Shown here in pieces: positions 1 to 12,125 of a stretch of 64,000 nucleotides of DNA; within the stretch, counting starts at the first letter, position 1; every line of letters starts with the position of its first letter. The stretch covers positions 24,152 to 88,151 of the forward strand of contig CAVRTU010000006.1 of NCBI GenBank assembly GCA_963724265.1. Reading direction: 5' to 3'. The DNA is from an uncultured Gemmatimonadales bacterium. GTDB taxonomy: Bacteria; Gemmatimonadota; Gemmatimonadetes; Gemmatimonadales; GWC2-71-9. The position numbers and the translations under genes are program-made. The notes under the pieces were generated by a model that searched no databases, was not told where the DNA came from, and saw nothing but the letters and a program-made list of their open reading frames with translations.

Positions 1-330
1 CAGCTCCTTGCCGCCGCGGGCGAAGTTGTCGTCCCAGGGATCGATCGGAAACAGCATCCGGACCCGCCCGTCCGTGTCGATCCTGACCACGGTCACGTAG
101 GCATCGCGGTCAGTCTTGATATACACCTGGGCCGATTGATTCCGCTGGTAGGGCGTGGTGCTGTTCATCCAGACGGAAATCGAAGGTTGGTCGGCTTCGT
201 GATGGCGGGCCTTGGCGAACCAGCCGGCATGGCCGGACACGGGATGGGGAACGGGAAGCGGATGATCAGGCGCGATCGCCGGGGTCGGCGCGGCGAGGGC
301 CAGCAGAGAGACCAGCAGCGATGGGAACAT
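1..330 (-). CDS. DUF4384 domain-containing secreted protein (3' end runs off the window)
   Basis: Manual translation MFPSLLVSLLALAAP...VYIKTDRDAYVTVVRIDTDGRVRMLFPIDPWDDNFARGG: signal peptide plus DUF4384-like motif. Confidence 0.7.
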   Translation of the reverse strand, partial: MFPSLLVSLLALAAPTPAIAPDHPLPVPHPVSGHAGWFAKARHHEADQPSISVWMNSTTPYQRNQSAQVYIKTDRDAYVTVVRIDTDGRVRMLFPIDPWDDNFARGGKEL

Positions 331-524
331 GGCTAGACCGTGCAGTCGGGGGGACAACCGGCCTGAAGCAGACCGTGTGCCGCCCTGCGGAGATTCCAAG
401 CTGATGACTGGCAAGCAGATACGAGATCGCCCCGGGTCCCGGTGGCGTCCCACGGCGGGGACAGCCCATTGCCTGTCGCCCCTTCATTGACTCACTCCGC
501 CCTCCTCTCTACGTTGCGGCCCGC

Positions 525-1451
525 ATGGCAGCGACCCTCACGAATCCCTCCCGTTCCCGGTTGGACCTCCTCGATCCACTGGAAGCCTCGCGGCTTGCCG
601 GCCTGGAGTTGTTCACCGAAGGCCTGGTCGAAGGCTTTCTCACCGGGCTCCACCGTTCGCCCCGCAAGGGCTTCTCCTCCGAATTCGCCGAGCACCGGAT
701 GTACCAGCCCGGCGACGATACCCGCCACCTCGACTGGAAGATCCTGGCGCGAAGCGAGCGGCTGTACGTGAAGCAGTTCGAGGAGGAGACCAATCTTCGC
801 GCGATGCTGCTGCTCGATATCAGCCGCTCCATGGCCTGGACCGGCCATCCCGACCGCCTCCTGCCCAAGATCGACTACGCACGGCGTCTCGCGGCGGCCC
901 TCGGCCTGATTCTGCTCCGGCAGCGGGACGCCACCGGGCTCATCGCCTTTGACGACCAGGTGAGGACGGTCCTGCCCCCGCGAGCCCGCTGGGCCCAATT
1001 CCGCCAGCTCACGGCAAGGCTCGCCGGCCTCGAGGCGGGGCAGGGTACCGCCGCTGTCCCCGCGCTCTCGCGGGTGCTTGATCTCCTGCGCCGCCGGGGG
1101 CTGGTGATCCTGATTTCGGACCTGCTGTTCGATCCGGCCGCGGCACTGGCCGCCATGCGGTTCCTGCGCCATCGAGGGCACCAGGTCGCGGTCTTCCACC
1201 TGCTGGATCCTGGTGAACTCGAGCTGGAGGGCCCCGCCGAGGCGCGGTTCGAGGATCCAGAGACCCACGCCTCCGTCGTGCTCCGGCCGCGCGAATGGGC
1301 GGAGGTCTACCGCCGGGCTGTCGAGTCGGCGGTGGCGGACTGGCGGCAGGCCTGCCTGCGCCAGGGGATCAGTTATCACCGGGTGACGACGGACATGCCA
1401 TTCGGACTGGCTCTCCGGGCTGCCCTCGCGACTCCCGCGGGACTGGCGTGA
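525..1451 (+). CDS. DUF58 domain protein (MoxR-associated vWA-like)
   Basis: GLHRSPRKGFSSEFAEHRMYQPGDDTRHLDWK, YVKQFEEETN and DISRSM motifs. Confidence 0.92.
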   Translation: MAATLTNPSRSRLDLLDPLEASRLAGLELFTEGLVEGFLTGLHRSPRKGFSSEFAEHRMYQPGDDTRHLDWKILARSERLYVKQFEEETNLRAMLLLDISRSMAWTGHPDRLLPKIDYARRLAAALGLILLRQRDATGLIAFDDQVRTVLPPRARWAQFRQLTARLAGLEAGQGTAAVPALSRVLDLLRRRGLVILISDLLFDPAAALAAMRFLRHRGHQVAVFHLLDPGELELEGPAEARFEDPETHASVVLRPREWAEVYRRAVESAVADWRQACLRQGISYHRVTTDMPFGLALRAALATPAGLA

Positions 1452-3248
1452 TCGGATTCCTCCATCCCTGGCTGCTGGCCGCCCTTGGCGCCGCGGCCGT
1501 CCCGATCTTGCTCCACCTGGTCAGCCGGCGGGATCCCCCAGTGGTGATCTTTCCCGCGGTGCGCTACCTCGTCACGGCGACCCGCGAGCACGAGCGCCGA
1601 TTCCGGTTGCGTCACTGGCTCCTGCTGGCCCTGCGGACGCTGCTGATCGTCGCCCTGGTGCTGGCTGCCAGCGGACCGCTGCTGCCGCAGGGAGGTTCCG
1701 CCGCGACCGGTCATGCCCCCACCGCCCTCGTCCTGATCATCGACAACAGCCCGAGCAGTGGCGCGGTGGTCGGTGGAACGCCGGTGCTGCAGACGCTGGT
1801 CCGCTCCGCGAAGGCGGTACTGGACCGCGCGCAGCCGGACGACCGCCTGTGGCTGCTCACGGCTGACGGATCGCCCCGCCCGGGAGATCCGGCGGCGCTG
1901 GCCGGCATTCTCGACAGCCTTCGACCGGTTGACCGCCGAATGGACCTCGGCGAAGCGGTGGGCGCCGCCCGCGGTCTGCTCGAGGCCGTCGATCGCCCGG
2001 GACAGATCGTCCTGATATCGGATCTGCAGGCGACGGCGGTGTCGCCGATGGCGGTGTCCTTCCCGCTGCTTGTCGTCCGGCCCTCGGACCCGGCCCCGGA
2101 AAACGCCGGCCTGGCTTCGCTCGACCCGGGGCCGCAGCCATGGACTGGAGAGAACGGACAGGTGCTGGTCGGTGTCAGCGGGGCCGAGGGCCCGGCGGCG
2201 CCGGTGTCGGTGGCTCTCTCGGGCCGCCCCCCCAGGAGGATTCTGGTGACGCCGGGCAACATTGCGGCAGCTTCAGCTCACGACGGGGATACCGGGGTGG
2301 CGGAGGCTCGAGGCGACGCTCCCTCCCGATGAGCTGAGAGCCGATGACCGCCGGATTCGGGTCATCCGGGTGGCGGATCCGGCTGCCGTCGCCTGTCCTC
2401 CGGACCAGCCCTACCTGGCGGCTGCCTGCGGCGCGCTGGAATCGGGCGCGAGGGTTCGGCGCGGCAGCGATGTCACGCTCGGGAGCCTGGGCCCCGGCGC
2501 TTCGGTCGTGGAACCCCCCGCGGATCCGGCGCTGCTCGGCGCGCTCAACCGCACGCTGGAGCGGCGCGGTGTCGGGTGGCGATTCGGCGCGCCGGTGGCC
2601 GCGGCCGGGGTGACCGACAGCGGAGCGTGGCTGGGGCGGGTCGCGGTCCTCCGGCGCTATCGGCTGGAGTCTTCGGGCAGCGGACGCACCGGTGTCCTGG
2701 CCACGGTCGGGGGTGAGCCCTGGATGGTGCGAGGGGGTGGGGTCGTCCTGGTCGGAAGCCGCTTCGAGCCGTCGTGGACCCCGCTCCCGCTGGAGGCGGG
2801 ATTCGTTCCGCTGGTCGATGCCATGGCCAACCGGTTGGCGCGGGCCCCGCTCTGGCTGCTCGACGCCGCGCCCGGTGACGCGGTCTTGCTGCCCGATGCC
2901 ACAACCAGGATCCTCACCGAGGACCGCCAATGGGAGGTGGAAGGGGGAGCCGCCTTCCGCCCGCCGGCAGAAGGGATCTACTTCCTCCTTTCGGGCAGCG
3001 ACACCGTGGGCGCGTTGTCGGTGAACCTCGATCCGCGGGAGTCGGTGCTGGGGCGGGCGAGCGATGAAGCGATCGAGGCGGCGTGGCCCGGGGCCAGGAT
3101 CACCGCCCCTGCCGGGGCGGCATCGCGGGCCTTCGTCGGGGCCGGGCGGGCCGACCTGCGGGGGCCGCTGCTCTGGCTCGCCCTGGCCTGCGGACTGGGT
3201 GAGGTCCTCCTGGCGAGCGTGACTCCCGGGTCAAGGATGCGCGGCTGA
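1448..3248 (+). CDS. BatA/vWA domain protein (frameshift near 2270)
   Basis: FLHPWLLAALGAAAVPILLHL...FPAVRYL BatA N-terminus, DNSPSS MIDAS-like motif, continues in ORF 2262..3248 with a C-terminal TM helix. Confidence 0.8.
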
Positions 3249-6200
3249 TGACGATCCCGATCCTGCTCGACGCCTTCGAGCAGACGCCATTCGCGCGGGA
3301 ACTCGTCTCACGCCTTCCAGGGCGGGGGACACTGCTCCGGCTCGGAGGGCTGCCGGGAAGCAGCGGGGCCGCGCTGGCCGCGTGGCTGTCGCGGGCGCAG
3401 CCGCAGCGACTGGTGGTGGTGGTGACCGGATCTCCCGGGGAGGCGGAGCGCTGGCTCAATGATCTCCAGCACCTCGGTGCGGTCGCAGCTCGCACTGTAT
3501 CCGCAGCGTGAGGGGCTGGGCGAGGAGGAGCCTCATTTCGAAATCGCAGGAGAGCGGGTGGAGACTCTCGCCTCGGTGCTCGAGGGGAAGCTCCGGCTGC
3601 TGGTGACGACGGCGCGCGCGACGGCGGAGCGCAGCCTCGTGCCCGCGGCGCTGGCGAAGCGGCGACTGGTTCTCGCCGCGGAGGCACCGGAACCTCTCTC
3701 GCTCGGGGAGGCGGTCGCACGTCTGGAGGAGATGGGCTACCGGCGGGTCGTCGACGGTCACCGAGGTGGCGGAGTTCAGCGTCCGCGGCGGCATCATCGA
3801 CGTCTACGGATTCGGGATGGCCCAGCCGGCCCGCGCAGAATGGTGGGGCGATCGGCTGGCTTCGCTCAGGGCGTTCGACCTGACCAGCCAGCGGTCGCTG
3901 GAGCCGCTGGATGCGGTGACGGTCCTGCCGATTCGGGCCGCCGGGAGGGGGGCAGGGGGGCCCTGAAGGACTCCCTGACGGTCGCGGCGGGGCGGCCGAT
4001 GGAGCGGAGCGGCGAACCCTGCTGGAGCTGCTGCCGCCGGATGCGCTGCTGATCGAGGAGGCCGCCGAGTCCGAATCGCGAGGAAGTCGAACGTGCCTGG
4101 CGCGAGGCGGAGCACCACCTCGAGGTGGCCCGCCGCCTGGGCGAGGAGACGCCGTCGCGCGAGGCGCTGTTCGAGCCGCCGGCGGAGTGGCGTGCCCGGC
4201 TGGAACGTCACCCGAGGCTCACGCTGCGCGAGGAACCGGCGGACGCTGCAGGCCGGCTTCCTGCCACCGGAGCGGATCGACCGGGACCTGAACCGGCTGC
4301 GCGGGCTCCTGGGCGGCGACCTGCAGACGCTCATCCTCTGCGACAACGAGGGCCAGAAGGAGCGGCTCGACGAACTGCTGCGCGATGGCGCGCGGGGGCC
4401 GATCCGCGCGACGCTGGCGGTCGGGGCGCTCGAAGCGGGATTCGTGATGCGGACGCCTCCGGGTGCTCACCGATCACGAGGTCTTCCGCCGGGCCCGCCG
4501 GCTCCGGCGGTCGCGGCGGTACCGGCAGGCCGCCCCCTCGGCCGCGACCGGCACGCTGAGCAGCGGCGATTACGTCGTGCACCTCGACCACGGGATCGGG
4601 ATCTATCGCGGGATCCAGACCATCCAGGTCGGCGAGGCCACGCTGGAGGTGATGGTCCTGGAGTACGAGGGCGGCGACCGGCTCAACGTTCCCGCTCTAC
4701 CGGATCGACCAGGTCGAGCGGTACCGGGCCGCGGGCGATGACGGCGACCGGCCGCCGCCACGGCTGCACCGGCTGGGCGGCAACAGCTGGCAGCGGGTCC
4801 GCGACCGGACCCGCCAGGCGATCCAGCAGATGGCGGCGGAACTGCTCGACCTCTACGCCAGGCGGCAGGTGGCGCGGGGATACACCTTCCCGCCGGATAC
4901 CCGGTGGCAGCGCGAGCTCGAATCGGCCTTCCTCTACGAGGACACGCCGGACCAGCGGCGGGCCACCGAAGAGGTGAAGCGGGGCATGGAGGACGCGCGC
5001 CCGATGGACCGCCTCCTGGTCGGCGACGTCGGCTACGGAAAGACGGAGGTGGCGGTGCGGGCGGCGTTCAAGGCGGTGCAGGGCGGCAAGCAGGCGGCGG
5101 TGCTGGTGCCCACGACGCTGCTGGCCGACCAGCACGGCCGGACCTTCGGCGAGCGCCTGGCCGATTTCCCGGTGAAGGTGGTCGTGCTGTCCCGGTTCCA
5201 GACGGCGAAGGAGCAGAAGTCGATTCTGGCGGCGGCTGGCCCGGGGCGAGATCGACGTCATCATCGGGACGCACCGGCTGCTGTCGAAGGACGTCGTGTT
5301 CAAGGATCTCGGTCTCCTCATCGTGGACGAGGAGCACCGCTTCGGGGTCAGGCACAAGGAGCGGCTCAAGGAACTGCGGCTCGAGGTGGACGTCCTGACC
5401 CTGACGGCGACACCGATTCCACGGACCCTGCACCTGTCCCTCGCGGGACTCCGGGACCTGAGCCTGATCGAGACGCCGCCGCGCGATCGCTCACCGGTGC
5501 TCACCTTCATCGAGCCCTGGGACGACGGACTGCTGGAGGAGGCGTTCGCCCGCGAGCTGGACCGCGGCGGGCAGGTGTTCATGGTCCACAACCGGATCGA
5601 GACCATCGACACCATCGCCGCGCGGGTGCGTCACCTGGCGCCGCGAGCCACCGTCGAGGTCGCGCACGGCCAGATGGCGGCCGACCGACCTCGAGGAGGT
5701 GATGCACCGATTCGTCCAGGGCGAGGTCCAGATCCTGGTCTCGACCCTGATCGTCGAGTCGGGACTCGACGTGCCCAACGCGAACACGATGGTGATCCAC
5801 GACGCCCACCGGTTCGGACTGGCGCAGCTGTACCAGCTGCGCGGCCGGGTGGGGCGGAGCCATCGCCGCGCCTACTGCTACCTGCTGGTGCCGGACGCCA
5901 TCGACCGCGATGCGGAAGAACGGCTCAAGGTGCTGGAGCATCACAGCGACCTCGGCGCGGGCTACCGCATCGCCCTGAAGGACCTGGAGCTGCGCGGCGC
6001 GGGCAACCTGCTGGGCGCGGAACAGTCGGGCCATGCGCATGCGGTGGGATTCGACCTCTACCTGCGCTGGCTGGAGGAAACGGTGAAGGCGCTCCGGGGC
6101 CAGGGCAAGGCGGACACCCTGGCACCGCCGGAGGTCGTGCTGGACCGTCCGGCCCACCTGCCGGACAGTTACGTGCCCGATGACGACTCGAAGCTGGACT

Positions 6201-6584
6201 TCTACCGGCGACTGGCGCGGGCCGCGGCACCCGGCGAGATTGAACCGCTCCGCGACGAACTCCGCGAGCGGTTCGGACCCCTGCCCGAGGAAGCAGAGAC
6301 ACTCCTCCACATGGCCCGACTCCGCGCCCTCGGCGCGGCGCTGGGCCTGCAGCATGTGCTGGTCCGGGGCGACGAGGCCCGCCTGACCTTCCGGGCCGGC
6401 GCCACCCCGCGGCTGGCCGCGCTCACGGCGGCGCTGGACGACGTGCAGCTGGCGGCCGACGTGCGCCGGACCGTGCCGCTGGCGCTGCGGCTCGAGCGGC
6501 TGGGGGGCGAGGCCCTGCTGCCCGGCGCTGGTGCGGGCCCTGCGGGCCGTGGTGAGCGGACCCACCGCGGTCAAGACGACCTGA
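3248..6584 (+). CDS. mfd: Transcription-repair coupling factor Mfd (several frameshifts)
   Basis: Fragments in successive frames: [84 protein letters not shown]. Confidence 0.95.
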
Positions 6585-6634
6585 GTACCGCCGCGCGCCC
6601 CGCGCGCGACGGATCAACCTGAATCGGAGAAGGC

Positions 6635-8087
6635 ATGCGACGGACCTGGTTGTGGACGGGCCTCCTGGCCCTGGTGAGCGGGTGTGAGCTGTTCAGCGCC
6701 CACGCCGATGTGGCCGCGACGTCGGCGGGCGCCAAGCTCGAGTCCCAGGCAGCTGGCGGACTTGATGAGCAAGGTGAAGGGCATCCAGCCGACCCGGGCG
6801 GGCGCCGACTTCGTCATCCGCTACTGGACCGATTACATCCTCTTCGCCAACGCGGTGGCCGACAAGGTGAATTTCGCCGACTCGTCGGTCGTGTCCGAAG
6901 CGATGTGGACCGAGATCACCGAAATGCGCGGAGTGGCGTGGCACGACACCCTGCTGGCCCACCGGGCCGGGATCACGGACGCCGCGGTCGACAGCGCCTA
7001 CAACCTCGGCCAGATCCGCGGCCTGCAGCACATCCTCATCCGGGCCGACTCGGGGTCGCCGGACAGCGTCATGGCCAAGGCCCGCAAGCGGATCGACGCG
7101 ATCTACGCCCAGGTCAAGGCCGGCGCGAATTTCGCCAAGCTGGCCGAGAAGGAATCGGAGGACCCGGGCAGCAAGAAGCAGGGGGGCATGTTGGAGGTCG
7201 GCCCGCGGGGCCGGTTCGTGACACAGTTCGACGCTGTCGGATGGGCGCTCGGGCCGGGGCAGATCAGCCCGGTCATGAAGACCCGGTTCGGCTTCCACAT
7301 TGTCCGCCGTCCGCCGCTGAGCGAGGTCCGGGAGGAGTTCCGCAAGTACCTGGTCCAGTCGGCCAGCGCGGCGCTCGATTCGGTCTACCTCGACAGCCTG
7401 GCGATCCGCAACCAGCTCACCGTCGTGCCCGATGCCGCCACACTGCTCAAGGACGCGATGAAGAACCCCGAAGGGGCGCTCAAGGACCAGAAGCCGGTGG
7501 CGACCTTTACCGGCGGGGTGGTGGAGATGTCGACCCTGGTGCGCTGGGCCGGCGCGCTGCCGCCGCAGTTCACCAGCCAGCTGCGCCAGGGCGACGACTC
7601 GACGCTGCGCCAGTTCGTGAGGGTCATCGGCCAGAACGTGCTCCTGATGCGGCAGGCCGACTCGGCGGGCATCAGGATCAGTCCGGAACAGTGGACGGAC
7701 GTCCACGACCTCTTCCTGACCCAGGTGGACACGGTGAAGAACCTGCTGGGCATCACGGGACAGGGCTTCGTGGACTCCGCGGCGACCGGAGCGCGGAGCC
7801 AAGTGCTCGCGGCGCACGTGCTGGACTACATGAACCGGCTGGGCGCCGGCACCGCCAAGCTTCGCCCGGTGCCGTTCCAGCTCGCCCCCATGCTCCGGCT
7901 CCGGTATCCGCACCAGACGGTCCGCGCGGGGGTGGACGAGGCGATCCGCTACATGACCGACCCCGGCCGTGTCGCCGATTCGACCTCGCACCCGGAGAAC
8001 CAGCGGCGCGGCCCCCTGATTCAGCCGGGTGGCCCCCCGCCGGTACCGCAGGGCGCGACTCCGGCGCCCCCTGCCGCTCACCCATGA
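6635..8087 (+). CDS. Peptidyl-prolyl isomerase (parvulin/rotamase domain) lipoprotein (frameshift near 6745)
   Basis: Lipobox LVSGC; HILI...FAKLAEKESEDPGSKKQGG...ISPVMKTRFGFHIV. Confidence 0.8.
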
Positions 8088-9506
8088 GCCGATGGCGGCT
8101 GGCAGGGCTCCTGGTGGCGGGTGTGGTCATCAGCGGTGCCCGACCGGGGGGCCTGGCGGGACAGCAGGAGGCGCTGGTGGCCGACAGCACGCCGGCCGGC
8201 CGCTGCGACTCGGCCAGCTCGGTCGACCGGATCGTCGCCGTGGTGGGCGATGCCCCGATCCTGGCCTCCCAGCTGGAGGAGGAGGCCTACCAGCGGCGCT
8301 CGCAGAGCCCGCCGCTCCCTCCCGGCGAGGCGCCGCTCAAGGCCTTCTGCCACGAGGTGCTCACCGACCTGGTCAACACCGAGATCCTGGTCCAGGTCGC
8401 GGAGCGGGACACCGCGATCAAGGTTACGGACCAGGAGGTGGCCGACGGCGTGGAACAGCAGGTCCGCAATGTGCGGTCGAAATTCGCCTCGGAGCCGGAG
8501 TTCCGCGCCGAGCTCAAGCGGGCGGGATTCGCCACGCCCGAGGAGTACCGGCGCTGGCTGACCGACCAGCAGCGCCGGAGCGCACTGCAGAGCCAGCTGA
8601 TCTCCAAGCTCACTGCCGAGAAGAAGCTCAAGGACGTCTTTCCGACCGAATCGGAGATGCGGGCGTATTACGACGTCCAGGAAGGCGCAGCTGGGTCAGC
8701 GGCCGGTGACGGTATCCTTCAGCCAGGTCATCATCGCGCCCAAGCCCACGGCGGCGGCCAAGGCCCGGGCGCTGGCGCTGGCGGATTCGATCGTGGTGGC
8801 GCTCCGGAAAGGGGCAGACTTCGCGGTGGCCGCCAAGAGGTTCTCGAGCGATCCCGGATCGAAGGACCAGGGGGGCGACCTCGGGTGGTTCCGGCGCGGG
8901 GTGATGGTGCCGCCCTTCGAGGCGGTGGCCTTCCGCCTCAAGCCGGGAGTGATCTCCGATCCGGTCGAGACGGTGTATGGATACCACATCATCGAAGTGC
9001 TCCGGATCCAGCCCGGCGAGGTGGACGCCCGCCACATCCTGATCATGCCGGAAATCACGGCGGCCGACGCTGACAGCTCGGCGGCGCTGGCCGACCGGGT
9101 CCGGGCGATCCTCGAGGCGGGGGGGGCGATGGACTCGCTGCAGCGCCTCTACCACGATCCCGACCTGGACAAGGACGCGGACGAGGTGCCGCTGGACAAG
9201 TTGCCGCAGGACTACCAGACCGCGATCGGCGCGGTCCCGCCGCCGCCGCCCGATCCCACCGCGGACAGCACGCTGGCGCTGGGGAGCTACCACCCCCCGG
9301 TGATCCTGCCGGTGTTCACCCTGACGGACGCCGATCCCAACCGGCGACGCCGGGTGGTGCTGCAGCTCAAGGCGCGCCGGGCCGAGGGGGACATCCTGTA
9401 CCAGGACGTGAAGGAAAAGATCCGCGATGCCCTGGGGCACGAGCTGGCGGTGAAGAACTACCTCGAGCACCTCCGGAGCCGCACCTACATCGACCTCCGA
9501 TACTGA
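8084..9506 (+). CDS. surA: SurA-like chaperone/PPIase (frameshift near 8680)
   Basis: VDRIVAVVGDAPIL N-domain; FSSDPGSKDQGGDLGWF, PVETVYGYHII; lies upstream of pdxA as is typical. Confidence 0.8.
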
Positions 9507-9510
9507 GCCG

Positions 9511-10490
9511 ATGAGCACCCGCCGTCCCCGCCTCGCGGTCACGCTGGGTGATCCCCGCGGCATCGGCCCCGAAATCGCCGCAGTCGCGCTGGCCCGGCCA
9601 CTGCCGGCGGAGGTGACCGTGCTCGGCGCCGACGAGCAGGTCGCCGCGGTTCCGGCGGACCGGAGGATTCCGGTCGGGCCCTGGGGGCTGGGCAGCGGCG
9701 AGGAGGGCCCCGCCGGTGGCCGGGCCGGCCCGTCGCGCGTGGTCCGCGCCGGCCAGATCGCGGGCCACGCGGTGGAAGCGGCGGTGCGGCTCGCCCTCGC
9801 GGGAGAAGTCGATGCGGTGGTCACCGCACCTGCCCACAAGCACGCGCTCCAGCTCGCCGGATTTCCCTATCCCGGACATACCGAGTGGCTGGCCCACCTG
9901 GCCGGCGACGTGGACGTGGCGATGATGCTCGCCGCGGACAAGTTGCGCGTGGTCCTGGTCACCACCCACGTGGCGCTGCGAGACGTGCCGACGCTGCTGA
10001 CCACCGACCGGGTGATCCGCACGGGCCGGGTCACGGCGAAGGCATTGCGGGAGTGGTGGGGCATCGCCAACCCGCGGCTGGCGATCTGCGCCCTCAATCC
10101 GCACGCGGGGGAATCAGGGTTGTTCGGAGACGAGGAGCCGCGCATCCTGGCGCCCGCGGCGCGTGCGCTGGGCGCGGCGGGCCCGCTGCCGGCGGACACC
10201 GTCTTCGTGCGGGCGATGCGAGGAGAGTTCGACGCGGTGCTGGCGCCCTACCACGACGTCGGGATGACGGCGATCAAGGTCGCCGCCTTCGGGCGGGCGG
10301 TCAACGTGACCCTGGGGCTCCCCTTCGTGCGGACCAGCCCCGATCACGGGACCGCGCTGGACATCGCCGGCACGCGGAACGGCCGATGCGGGGAGCATGC
10401 GGGCCGCGCTGGAACTGGCGGTCGAACTTTGCTCGAGGGAGCAGGGAGCCCAAAGGACTCCCTTCGGTCGCAGTGAGCAGGGAGCGGTAA
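9511..10490 (+). CDS. pdxA: 4-hydroxythreonine-4-phosphate dehydrogenase (frameshift near 3' end)
   Basis: TLGDPRGIGPEI, GHTE, LNPHAGE, YHDVG, GLPFVRTSPDHGTALDIAG. Confidence 0.93.
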
Positions 10491-10517
10491 CTGCAACACC
10501 CGTTCACCGCTCCCTGC

Positions 10518-11162
10518 TCACTGCTCCCTCTTCACCGCGCCCTCCAGTTTCGCCATCAAGTCCAGATGGGCTTCCAGCTTCAGCTTCTGGCTGGCCCGGT
10601 TGGCCACCAGCACCGCCCGCACCTCGAGTACGGTCTCCCGTTCTTCCAGCCCGTTGGCCCTCAGCGTATTGCCGGTGTCGACCAGGTCCACGATCCAGTG
10701 GGCCAGTCCGAGCAGGGGTGCAACTTCCACCGATCCCGTGACCTCGATGATGTCCACCGGGCGGCCGCGGGCCCCGAAATGAGCCCGGGCGAGGCGGGGA
10801 TACTTGGTCGCCACCTTCGCCGTCATTCCTCCCGGCAGCGATGGGTAGGGGGCGCCCGCGGGAGTGGCGACGGTCAGGCGGCAGTGGCCGAAGCCGAGTT
10901 CGAGCGGCTCGAGTACGTCAGGCTCGGTCTCCCGGAGCACATCGCTTCCCGTGACGCCGAGGTCGGCCGCGCCGGACTCGACGTAGACCGGGACATCACC
11001 CGGCTTGACCACCAGGAACTGGAGATTGGGCGCCGTCGAGTCGAGCAGCAGCCGGCGTCCCGGATCGCCGCTGAGCCGGATCCCCGCGCGGGCGAAGAGC
11101 TCGACCGCGGGATCGTAGAGCCTCCCCTTGGCCAGGGCGACACGGAGCGGGGCCGGTGTCAT
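10518..11162 (-). CDS. hisG: ATP phosphoribosyltransferase, short form
   Basis: ALAKGRL, DVPVYVESGAADLG, VATKYP, GSVEVAPLLGLAHWIVDLVDTGNTLRANGL. Confidence 0.95.
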   Translation of the reverse strand: MTPAPLRVALAKGRLYDPAVELFARAGIRLSGDPGRRLLLDSTAPNLQFLVVKPGDVPVYVESGAADLGVTGSDVLRETEPDVLEPLELGFGHCRLTVATPAGAPYPSLPGGMTAKVATKYPRLARAHFGARGRPVDIIEVTGSVEVAPLLGLAHWIVDLVDTGNTLRANGLEERETVLEVRAVLVANRASQKLKLEAHLDLMAKLEGAVKREQ

Positions 11163-12116
11163 GCGCCACCGCTCGCGTCGGCCACGGTGTCGAGGTCCAT
11201 GGCGAACCCCACCGCGGGCCTCGGGGCGCCGTAACGCGCCACCAGGGTGTCGTAGCGGCCCCCGGCGCCCGCCGCACGGCCCGCCCCCGCCACGAACAAT
11301 TCGAAGTGAATCCCCGTGTAATAGTCGAGACCGCGGACTTCGCCGAGGTCGTAGACCAGGTGCCGGCGGTCCTCGGGAGTGAGCGCCGCATCAATGGCGA
11401 GCAGGTGGGTGAGGGCGGGCCGGGCGGGTGCAGGCGCTTCCCTCAAGGCGGCCTCGAGGACGGGTCGCCGGCCGATCACGAAGGCGAGATCGGCCAGCGC
11501 CCGGACCGGGACGGATTCACCGGCCAGGGCCCGGGTCAGGCTGCCCCGGTCCTTCCGGTCGATCCAGCGCCGGACCTCGTCGCGCCGCCCGGGCTCCAGC
11601 GCCTCGAGCCCCGGGGCCAGGGCACCGACATGGCCGAGATTGACCTGGAATTCGCCCAGCCCGGCGGCATGGGCCAGCGCCAGCGTCAGCCGCAGGATCT
11701 CGATGTCTCCCGCCAGGCCCGGCTCCCCGATCAGTTCGGCACCCAGCTGCAGCGTTTCCCGCGGACCGCCACCCCGCTCCGGCTCCTGCCGGAAGACGGG
11801 GCCGGTATAGGCCAGCCGGAGCGGGCCGGCCTGTCCGGCAAAGGCCGTCGCAGCCATCCGGGCGATGCTGGCGGTGAAGTCGTACCGCAATGCGAGGATC
11901 CTCCCGTCGCGGTCCACCAGGCGGACCAGCCGCTCGGCCACCGGCGGGCCAGCGGCCCGGAGGAAGATCTCCTCGTACTCGACAGGTCGGGGTGATCGCT
12001 TCCTGGTAGCCGGCAGCGGCAAGAATGGCCATTCCATCCCGCTGCAGCCCACGTCGCCGAGCGGCCGAGGGGCCGGTCAGGTCGATCGAGCCGGGGGGAG
12101 TGAGGGACGGGAGCAT
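11159..12116 (-). CDS. hisZ: ATP phosphoribosyltransferase regulatory subunit (frameshift near 11985)
   Basis: LALRYDFTASIAR, QLGAELIG, DYYTG, GGRYDTL, AVGFA; adjacent to short hisG. Confidence 0.9.
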
Positions 12117-12125
12117 GGCGGGCTC